A stretch of DNA of 58,351 nucleotides, the filler included, from Streblomastix strix (Eukaryota): the NCBI GenBank assembly GCA_008636045.1. It is 3 parts of 3 records of this genome, joined end to end, with 100 filler letters (N's around TTAATTAATTAA, not from the genome) between each part and the next. Parts side by side here need not be neighbours in the genome. Positions count along the whole stretch, not along the records: positions 38,986 to 58,351 come from SNRW01000518.1; 2 more parts are not named here. One strand, given 5' to 3'. Position numbers and translations under genes: made by a program. A model generated the notes under the pieces. The model ran no database searches. It was given only the letters and a program-made list of their open reading frames with translations, and was not told the DNA's origin. This document shows positions 41,901 through 53,112 of this stretch, piece after piece (position 1 is the first letter of the stretch; each line of letters starts with the position of its first letter).

Positions 41901-44900
41901 ATAACATCAATATAAGTTATAAATTAGATAAAGAATATAAATAGAAAGAATAGAAAGATAAATATAATAATAAACAAATTTTATCATTACTTCATGTTTT
42001 TCCTCTTTCATTAGTCCCCTTCAATTCGTATTAATAATAATACGAATATTAATAATTTATTCATTCTCAACTGTTACTATAGACTTTAATTATTCATCTG
42101 CATAGATGGTTATAATGTGAATATTATGAGTAGTTGGAAAATATAAATGTTAATAAAATGATAAATAAAATAGAAAAGTAGTAAAACTCAGAAAGAATTG
42201 ATATTATAGATAAATACAAGATCAATGAAAAAGAAGAATATCTATAAAAGTAATTATAAGATGAACATTAATCGATTCCTTTGTGGCCATCATAATCGTA
42301 ATCTTAATATAATACTAATAAATAATAATAATAATAATAATAGAAAGGAAATAAAATAATTAATTTATTAATTGAATGTAAAAGAGAAGAATTATTTACG
42401 TTATGTTTTGAATTAGAAATATACATTTCGTATATTTAAAACTATATATTAATTAATAGTGGTAATGATAATGATAATAATGATGCTATAAATAAATATT
42501 TAAATGAATTTAATCATATTTTATATCCATTATTATCATCTTCTTAATCGTCATCCAAATCTCCTTAATTATTATAGCAATCAATTGAATTTATTTCATT
42601 TATATATATTTATTCTTTATATCCACATATTAATATTGACTAAATATTATTTATTTGTAGTCTAAGAGGATATACAAATATTATTAAATGGATTATTAAT
42701 AAACAATTAGAATAGGAAAGAGAAGAATAAGTAAATAGTGAATATATATCAGTTTCATTATTATTCAATCTTCTATAATAATATACAAATTCAAATAAGA
42801 ATATAATCAATGAAGATAAAGAAATATAATTTGATTTAATTTCATGTAACTAATAAAAACCATATTATGTTATCAATCATCATTTATAAGATGATTAAGA
42901 GAAACTTGAATACGAATAATAAGATGGGTTATCAATAGAAGTCTAATAAATGGAATAATAAAGATAGTTATATGTGTTACCCTGTATATAAACAGGAATT
43001 AATGTTATAATTAATAAAAGAAAGAAGGAGGAAGAAATAGAATTGTTAGATGGTGAAAGATCTGATATTAATTTGAAAAGTAAATTGGAAGAATAAGAAA
43101 AAAATATAGAAATTGAATTAAATGAAAATAGTAAATAAAATATATAAAATTTAAATAGTTAATAATTTAAATACGAATTACATCAAATAATTGATGTTAA
43201 TCTTCATATTCTTCTTCCATCATTATTGTAATGTTTAAAGTAACAAACATAATATGCATTATAATATATATAATATATCAATAAATGTAATAAAGAAGAA
43301 GTTGAAAACGAAGATGATGAAGATAAGAAATAAAAAATGAATAAAGAATAGAATGAATTACAAATTAATAAAGAAACTAATAATTAGATAAGTGATTATA
43401 ATACATCATCAAATATATAATAATAAATGAATTCACCATCTTTTTCTTCTTAATATATAATATCATTTAATCATTTATTATCTATTTGTTCATAACTTTC
43501 ATCATACATACCTTCTCAGTTAATATTTGAATCAATCTAATTATACAAATGTTAATAATTGATAGAAATATTAAATATTAACAATAATAATAATTAACTA
43601 TTTTACATTCCACTATCATTATGTGGAAGATAAAGAACATATTAATAAGGAATAGTTGAATATTCATAATTAATTCTTCCTTATATATATAATTTGTTTC
43701 AAAGAGCCATTAATGGACATATTATTTCATCCTATCCTTCCTCTTCTATAACTTATGCATAATCTCAATCATATCCATCTGATCCATAATAAATATCTAC
43801 TCTGTTGTTATGGTAATTATTTGCTGTTTCATTAATTGGAAGTGGCGTTGAAGGAAAAGATGTATTTGAAGGAGATCATGAAGAGGAAGATGAAGATGTG
43901 AGAACGAAGAATGAAACTTTATAATAAATATAGAATTCAAATACAATAAATAGAAACAGATATTTTCTTCCTTATGGACTTCCCCTTATTAATTATAATA
44001 ATGAAAATTAAGATGAGGAGGAAGAAGAAGACTTCAATGATATAAAAATATTTATTGATTAATATTAATACAAATTATAGAATTAACAATAAAAAGTTAA
44101 TTATATAAAGTGGAAAAATGAAGAAATACTAAATTTTGCTCTTTCATATCTTATTGAACAAATTGATATTATTTGGAACTCTGAAAGGTATTGCATTAAA
44201 AATAAATTGATAATATTATTTTACATCCTTTTAAAAATAATAATAAATCATATTATATCATATTATTTTATTCATTAATTTCATTAATTTTTTATTAAAG
44301 TTATTATGAAATTCTGTAGCAAATGAATGATAATTGGAATGTTATTACTGGATAATCTATTGATATATAAATAATCAAAGAGAATAATTATGATAGTTGT
44401 GCATTAAAAAGTGATGTAACATAGAAATAAAATTAATCCAATGAATATTCGTATTTGACACTCACTGTAACATCTCCACAATTTATTTCATCAATTATAC
44501 ATTTATTTTCTTCATTTGGATATTGGAAGGGACTGTTTTTATTATTATTTGCTTCTGGATAATTATCTCCTTCATTTTCATTATCATATTATCTAAACGA
44601 TGAGTAATTGATGGAAATGTGCATAATGGCATAATATTAGACAAATCCTTATTCATTATCAAATTATTTCTATTAATTTTAATAATAAGAATAAATATAT
44701 TAAATATATTAAAGAGCTTCACCATAAATTCCTTTTTATTCAACAAGAAGATTCACTAAAAATGATTGGAAATTAATTTTTGAAGAAATTTTATTTAATA
44801 AATAATTATCATAATAATAATCTTCTTAGCCTTGCAATCAACTATAATAAAAGTGGGATAATCTTTTCCCTAGAAAAAAAAGAAATATTTCATAGTCAAT

Positions 44901-45507
44901 GAGATAATTTATTATTTAATTATCAATCAATACAATTGGTGCTTAGAATACATTGTAAGCAATTACTCAAGCATAAAGTAAAATTTCCAATTATTTAAAT
45001 TATTAATTTGAAGAATAAGAAAAAGAAAAAGAAAATGAATAAATATCTAATAAATCTTAGAACCCAATAACTTAAGATTTTAAATAAATATTATTATCTA
45101 TGCATGCAGAACATTTACAATAAAAAGAATATAAGGAGATGTTAAATAAATTAGATATCAATCTTTAGTCTTAATCTTATAATGATCAATATAATAATTA
45201 ATTAAGTGATAAAGAGCAAAAGGAAATAGAAATTAGTTAATTTATTGATTATTTAAAAAGAAACATGAATAAATAATTAACTGATAATGATATGAATGTA
45301 GAATATGCATAATTAACACCCATTCTTGCATTGAGACTAATAGAATCAAGAAACGATAAGAATAACAGTACCAATGAGAGTGAATCAATGCAATATAACA
45401 TTGAATAAATTTATCACATTATTCCAGAGGATATGAATTTGGTATAAAAAGAGCTTTTAAAAGAAGCAATTAGATAAAATCTTGAAATCTAGCATTCTAA
45501 AAGTTGA
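38986..45507 (+). CDS. Large Q/N/E-rich hypothetical protein, 5' truncated, several introns
   Basis: Long open frames under TAR=Gln with GT-AG introns (~40630, 40772, 41759, 44188). Terminal TGA at 45505-45507; one in-frame TGA at 39184-39186. Confidence 0.6.
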
Positions 45508-45632
45508 CAAATAAAATATGATATATATTTTTTTTAAAAATATTTCATTTAAACATTTCACACAAGATAATCAATACTTTTTAGGAAATATACAATTGAT
45601 AAACAATTTATTAATAATATACATATTTAATT

Positions 45633-46409
45633 TCATATTTAAGTTGAATTACGATGTGATTTATTTCCTCCTCCTTTCTATTACTCTTCTTTAATGCCTT
45701 ATAATATTTCATCAACTAAGGAAGTTGCTTATTATTGTGTTGGAACAGTTTTTGTATTTAGTCCTCTTTTATTCAGTCTCGATATTATTTCCCAAATCTA
45801 TAAAATAGTTCTTGAATTTTCACTTTATATCCAAACAAGGCCATTTTCACCACAAGCAATTTCAAATGGGATTTTCGAGCCAAGCGCTGGTAATATTTTA
45901 TTTGCTTCAGAAGCAAGATCATGGGATAAAGTTGTTGTGCATCTAAATATTGCACCACCTGCCAGTTATCCAAATGTTGATGATTTCCCTGAATGTGTTA
46001 TACATGAAAGTGTCGGTTCCATGTGTTTGTCTGCTGTAGTTATTCTTCCAAAAATTGAAGATCCTGATTTTAATTGAGCTTAATTCCTACGTGTAGCTCC
46101 TTCAAACTCAGTTGAAGGAAGATAGGCATTTTTATATGAATTAATATCAACTGCATAACCGTCTTCCTTTTTGTCTATTATAATTCCTACAATATGATCA
46201 TTAATATGAGCGATATAATTCTTTTGGCATGACTCAAGTCTAAACTGATCTTTTTTCATATTTAAATATCCACATTGTGTTGCTATTACTTAATCGTCAG
46301 CTTGTTTCAATCCACCAGCTATTGTTATCTCAGAAGAGCTTTGAAGAACATTTTCAAATACAAACTAACCTGGGAGGCAGAATTTTTGTGATTAGTCAAT
46401 GTTAGTCAT
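45633..46409 (-). CDS. RRP40: Exosome complex component RRP40 (EXOSC3), intronless, 258 aa
   Basis: MTNIDQSQKFCLPG..YAVDINS..FEGATRRN..EPTLSC..FGQLAGG..IPFEIACGENGLVWI; intact ATG to TGA with TAR=Gln. Confidence 0.93.
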
Positions 46410-46569
46410 CTATTTATTACTAATAAAATATAGAAAAGAATTTTAATATGAGGAGTTCGTTTATAAAAAGTCTCGGTGGACAATAGTAAAAGAATAAAAT
46501 GTATCCTATCCGTGGAAGTGTACAACCACAATGGTTGACACCTCTAAAAAATAGGCAGTATTTCCGGCC

Positions 46570-47261
46570 AGTTTGTCAAAATCCAAGAATTTTGTATGCC
46601 TGGTTTTTGTGCCAACCAACCGCAAGTGTTAGTATATATAGAAATGATCATCTTAGTGGATAGATGTAGATTACAAATATGTAATAAATAAGTGTGATAT
46701 TAAGATTTGTGATTAAGGAAGCACATTTAGATAATTATTAGCAAATGGCTAATTTTGTGATAATATGACATATAATAGACTTAATATAGTCTATTTTGTT
46801 TGTAAGCATACACTATATTAATGTTATTAATTAAATTGGGATGGGTATGTAGATTATAAGAGGAGAAAGTGCGTTTTAATTAAAAAAAATAAAATATAGA
46901 TTTTGAGTCAGTTTAATGTTATTATTATTTTATGTTTATGAAATTAATAAAATTGATATTAGAAAACTATATTCAACGCTTTTATTTTGCATTATGCTTC
47001 GATAAAAAGGAAGAATTAATCATTATTTTGAATATATTGTTTTGCCGCGATGTTTGTGTAAGAATTAGGTTTAATCATTATTTATAATAATTGTGGCTGT
47101 ATTTAACGGATAAATACGGATGGAAGTCTATATGTTGCTGGTCTCAAGCTAGTACGCTTCAAGTTTGTTATTTGGGTACAAAAATCCTTGAAAACCGAGC
47201 TTGTAATAAAAAACATGAGGAAGTCATTCTAACTCATACATCCAAATAGAATACCCTTATA
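46570..47261 (-). repeat. ~690-bp repeat, inverted relative to 50993-51680
   Basis: The reverse complement begins TATAAGGGTATTCTATTTGGATGTATGAGTTAGAATGACTTCC and aligns colinearly with 50993-51680. Confidence 0.9.
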
Positions 47262-47436
47262 ACACACAAAATAAAACAAAATATTACATAATTGTTGATT
47301 AGCCAAGCGAAAAAATAAGGCAATATTTGATTTTTAAATATTTTTACCAAAAATTCTATTATGTATCACAAAAGTTGCTTAATACAATATTAATTAATTA
47401 ATACACATTTTTATATATTTTTTCGTTGTTTGAAGA

Positions 47437-50400
47437 ATGATTCAACAACCCAAAACATTGTTACAAGAAAAGAAACGTATTTCAAGTGAATTGGAGGGAA
47501 TTTGTGGATTTTAAAATCTTGGAAATACCTGTTTCCTAAATGCTTCTTTATAGGCATTAGCTATGTGCAATCCAATCAGAAAATATTTTACACGATTGAG
47601 GAAGATAGATGGGTTTTCAGGTGCTGCTCAAACTTATAACTACGCTGGAGATAACATTATGCTGAACTAACCTCTTATTAGAAACTCCACTTTAGCACAA
47701 TATTTTAATTAAAATGATTCTTAAGAACATTTAGATATAGATTCTTAATAAACAAATTTCAAAAACAAGAATTATGAAAATGTTAATATAGATTTGTTAC
47801 CTTAATATAGACAACGTTTCCGATTAAAGAGATTAAAATCAATAAGAAATAATACTTCATAGACTTAACACAGTTCTTTATAATCATAAAATTCAAAACA
47901 ATCCGATTATATTCTTACAAGACAATTTTTTTCAATAATTTCAATAATTTGGTCAAGGTTCTCATCAAAACAATAAACAATTAAGGAGCAACCAATTATT
48001 AATTTATCTTCCTTTTATAATAATATATTAAAGAAAAACACTTAGTTTGAAAGGAATGAATAATGTGATTCAATGGAATTTATTTAATATCTTCTTGATC
48101 AATTGAGAGAAGATCTTGGAGATGATAATTCATACTTACCAATAATATTGAATGTATAATAATAATAGTAAAGTGAAAAACAATTAGAAAAGAAGAAAGA
48201 AAATAATAAAAGAGCTTAATGAACTAAATCTAAAAAAGAAATGGTCATTGATAAAGATGTATCTGAAGTTAATCAATCAAACTAAAGAATAATTATTGAG
48301 AAAGAAGATTAATAAGATCAGGAAGAATAGAATGGATTTGAAGATAATAATTCATAAAATGATAAATAAGAGTAAGAATAAGAATAAAGTAATATAAACA
48401 GTAATCCATATCCATTATCTCATCCATTGAATATAATTACTAAATGCTTTGGAATAGTTATATGCAGTATTATTAAATGCACAAAATGTTAATTTGCTTC
48501 TCCTTCATATGAAACTTGTGTTAATCTTTCACTTCCCATTCCTGTTAATACAAATGATAGAATTAGAGCCAGATAATATGGTATTTATATTATTTACAAT
48601 ATTATTTAAATTTAAACTGGTACATTTATTAATTTATCAATTTAGTACTTTCAAGATTTGGACATGGGACTTATTAAGCAATATCAAAAGATGGATAACC
48701 AAAAACTTAATTTCAAAAATTCATTTCATTTTTTAAATCTAAGAATTCCAATGATTCTAAAAAGAGAGATTGGAAATAAAATGAAGTTAATTCTGTCATT
48801 GCATAATCATCATCATCATAATAATAGTAATAACAAGATTCATCTTCAAATGAATATTCTTCTAAAGATTCAATTCATTTAAAACCCTATATGTCTGATT
48901 CACCGTAGATACACTTAACTGATTGTTTCGCTTCTTTTTGTCTTCCTGAACTACTGTTAAATACAAATTAGTACAATTGTCCTCGTTGTAAATCATTATA
49001 GAATGCTGAGAAATAATTTTGCATTGAAAGAGAGCCTGAGAATTTAATATTGTAATTAAAGAGATTCAAATATCCTTTCTTCTATAATGCTAAGATCGCT
49101 GAAACTGTTAAGTTTGAAAAGATTATCGGTATGTTTATGAATATTTATTATTTATTTGAATGATAATAATTTATATTATTATAATTCATAATTCATATAT
49201 ACATTCATTTATAGTTTATAATCATTAATATCATTTATTGTTTATATCTTTATAGACCTTACTCCATTTATGAGTGAATCATGCATTAATGAGTCTAATA
49301 ATAGAAATGATGATTAATTGTCCAATTCATCACAATCATCATAATAATAATCCTTGCATCCAAGATTCTATGAATTATATGCATTAATTATCCATAAAGG
49401 AACAGCAAGATCAGGTCATTATTACACAATAGCTCTTCATCCTAAGAAAAAGAAATGGTTTATTTTCAATGACGATGAAATTGAAGAAATATAAGAAAGA
49501 TAAATCTTTTCATATTAGGCTTATATATTGTTTTATAAAAGAAAGGATGATGATAATATTCCTCCTGCTCCAATACATAACAATAACTAAATCACTAATA
49601 ATCACTTAAATGAGAATTCATTGAATAAGAAAGAATAGAAGAGATTAAATACAAGTCCAAATATTAGTCCATAACTTACATCTCCACGTTCATCATTATA
49701 GTCAACAAATAAATCATTTCAATTCTCATCATCATTACAAATGTCACAATCTTTGTCTTCTCTTAATTCTTATTAATCTACATCTATGTTTAATATGCCT
49801 CATTTACACATAAGTATTGAGTAAAGGAAAAGATTCTTGCATAATCTGAAAAGAAAACTACCTCTAACTCATTTCATAAGCAGAGAATATTACATTGGAC
49901 TCAGAACTCTGTAATAACCTGGTAATGCATCAGAAGCTACAAGGGGAATTGTTTGTGAACATGGTTGGGTTTGATTATATATTTATATTTATATTAATGA
50001 ATATTAATATTAATATTGATTCTTTTATTATTATATCATTATTCACATTCATGAAGCTTGATCCATTTGCAGGAGACATTGTTGCAATTACATAGAGTGT
50101 TTGGGATTTAATAACAACACATTATTCTGCTAATAATTCATAACAGATATTTTCTAATTCCATTTCACCTTTCATTCGATCATCTTCTTTCAATTAAGAT
50201 CTAATCCATTAACATCAACATTCTCATTCTCACGATATAATTAAATCTAAATAATATAAAGGAAGAAACCAAAATATGCCTTAATTGAAATTAATGTAAA
50301 AAGATTCTAATGAAATAATAGTAACTAATAATATTTAATAGGATTAAATTATTTTTGAAGTCAAATGCGAAATGGCGCTTTAATAATGTGAATAATGTAA

Positions 50401-50876
50401 ACAGATTAAACTTAATGAAGATAAAATTAAATTAAGAAAAGATTATGAACATAATTTTGCAAAGAAATGTGATTCAAACCTAAATAAATAAGCAGATTTT
50501 TGGTATATGTTAGATCAAAAATGGATTAATCGTTGGAAAAAGTTTATTTAAACTGGTTTGAAACAATTATTTTGTTCAATATTTACAATTATTATATTTT
50601 CATAATATTATATTTTATTCTTTTTTTATAGATTCATCAACACTTCCTGGTCCAATCACAAATAATAAGCTGCTTGAATCAGATAATGTCACTCCTGTCC
50701 CTGAACTCACTCATAGAGACTATCGCGGTGTGAACAAGGAGGTTTGTTTATATAATTGTAACTGTAACAATTTTTACTTATTTTCATTCTTTGTCTAGAT
50801 GTGGGATTTCTTATTCTAGATCTACGGTGGTGGACCAGAAATTAAGCGTAGGACTCTAGACATATATGAGGACTGA
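47437..50876 (+). CDS. Ubiquitin-specific protease, USP20/33-like (USP plus C-terminal DUSP domains), 5 introns, one in-frame TGA
   Basis: GFQNLGNTCFLNASLQAL (Cys box), QCDSMEF, CTKC..CPRC, LQLKRF, HKGTARSGHYY (His box), WFIFNDD, AYILFY, LPGPITN..MWDFLFQIYGGGPEI..*. In-frame TGA at 48220-48222. Confidence 0.9.
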
Positions 50877-50992
50877 TTATAAACATTTCATGTCGCATTT
50901 CAGCTCATATTAAATATTAGTTAATTTTTTTATTTTCAAGATCTTGTAATATTTATTGATTCCATTGCAAAACTTAAATTAATTTTAATTGA

Positions 50993-51680
50993 TATAAGGG
51001 TATTCTATTTGGATGTATGAGTTAGAATGACTTCCTTATGTTTTTTATTACAAACTTTGTTTTCAAGAATTTTTGTACCCAAATAACAAACTTGAAGCAT
51101 TCTAGCTTGAGACCTGCAACATATAAACTTCCCTCCGTATCTATCCGTTAAATGCAGCCACAATTTTTATAAATCACGATTAAAGCTAATTCATACACAA
51201 ACATCGCGGCAAAACGATACTTTCAAAATAATGATTAATTCTTCCTTTTTATCCTAATATAAATCAAAATAAAAACGTTAAATATAGTTTTTTAATATCA
51301 ATTTTGTAAATTTCATAAACATAAAGTAATAATAACATTAAACTGACTCAAAATCTTTACTTTATTTTTATTAATTAAAACGCACTTTCTCTTCTTATCA
51401 TTTATAAATCAAAATGAAATTAATTCATAATATTAATATAATGTATTTTTTCAACCAAAATAAACTATAATAAGTCTATTATATGTCATATTATCACAAA
51501 ATCAGCCATCAGTCAATTAATTTCTAAAAGTGCTTCTTTATTACAAATCTTAAAATCGCACTTATTTATAACATATTTGTAATCTACATATGTCCATTAA
51601 GATGAACATTTCCATACATATTAGTACAAACTACTGGTTGACACAAAAACAAGATATTAAAAACGCTTTAATTTTTCCAA
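50993..51680 (+). repeat. ~690-bp repeat, inverted relative to 46570-47261
   Basis: Starts TATAAGGGTATTCTATTTGGATGTATGAG; colinear with the left copy with scattered substitutions. Confidence 0.9.
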
Positions 51681-51994
51681 AATAAATCTTAATTTTTCTC
51701 AAATAATAACTTATAACTTATAATTATTTATTCTTTTTCTTGTAAACATAAAACATTGCCCACACAATATTATCATGAAATAGTGCAGTCACCCCCCAAA
51801 AACCCCTACCAAGGGGTCACTTATCACCCCTTAACCCCATACACTCAAAGACAACGATGGACATGTTGATTCTGACTATAATTCACTGGCCTTAGACAAG
51901 TGAATCAAAGTAAATGAACAGCAACTTTTAAACTACCTTATCAAACATTTTGAAACCTTTTTTCATTTTTATTTTTTTATTATTTTCGTTTTAG

Positions 51995-52600
51995 ATGACT
52001 GAATTAAAGTACAAATTTTCTCTTTATTTCTAAGAGCCTAGTAAATAAAGTGGTAAAGTATAAAAGAGCGAGAAGGACTGGATGGCAGGTTTTCATCACA
52101 TCTATACATGTACTACACTTGAAAACTTTTGGAGGTATAAAATTAGTGTTTATTTAATGATTTACATACTATTCTGCAATAGAATGTGTCATAACATCCC
52201 ACGTCCACAGAAGATTCCAGCTAGGTCATCATATTACATGTTCAAAGAAGGAGTCAAACCAGCCTGGGAAGACAAGGAGAATGTGGGTGGGGGGAGATTC
52301 CAGATAATACAGAAGCAGACTCTGATCAACAGAGACCATTTCGAGTTTGTTTTCTTTGATCTGCTTATCCTCCTCGTGTGCGACCAACTTCCAAGCACTG
52401 ACTTGATAACTGGCGTGTAATTCAACAATAACAAATAAGCAATTGAGATCTGGGTAAAAAAGGGAATTAATCAGGAATTGTTGCGAAAAGCTATTGAAGA
52501 TGATATTAATGCATTGCTGGCAGCCAGGGGGATAGATGGGAAACTTACATCACAAGCCATACCTTACACTTCATTCGAAAAAGCCGCTGAACGACGCTGA
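51995..52600 (+). CDS. eIF4E: Translation initiation factor eIF4E family protein (one 48-nt intron, 52135-52182)
   Basis: TLENFWR, YYMFKEGVKPAWEDKENVGGGRF, LLVCDQL, IEIWVK; TGA at 52598-52600. Confidence 0.93.
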
Positions 52601-53039
52601 AATAAAAATTGCAATAAATACCTTTAAAAAAGTATTAATTTTGATTTGCTTAGAAATTCGTGCTAAATATTTTCTTTTTTTTAATGAAAATATTGGAAAA
52701 AACGAAATATTAACTTATATATAATTTATATGTACTATTTTAAACTATAATATTGTTGGAATATGGTCTATTAACTAAGAAACAAAATTTTTTGATAAAT
52801 CAACAAATTCTTATTGATCTGAGTAATATTATTAATAATATACTCATATATCGCTTTTTATTTTAATAAGATTCAATATTTAATATTTGGTTAAATAAAT
52901 TTAACACCACTTTAAGTACTATCCGTTAATCATAAATTTAATTTCACTAAAATTTGATTTATAAAAAATTTATACATTATAAACATATAAATCATTGTTT
53001 AATAAAAATAATAAAAATTTATAAATATAATATTATGTT

Positions 53040-53108
53040 TATTTTATTATTATTATTATTACTAGAATTATTATTATTATTAGAATTATTATTATTACTA
53101 GAATTATT
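53040..53108 (+). repeat. TAT microsatellite / 18-bp tandem TAGAATTATTATTATTA(C/T)
   Basis: Three TAGAATTATT units directly upstream of the ATG at 53113. Confidence 0.8.
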
Positions 53109-53112
53109 TTTG

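Noticed and set aside
46570..51680. Pack-MULE-style capture of the USP gene
   Set aside because: The sharp shared terminus is on the inner side and no outer termini or TSD were found. Kept only as an inverted-repeat finding.
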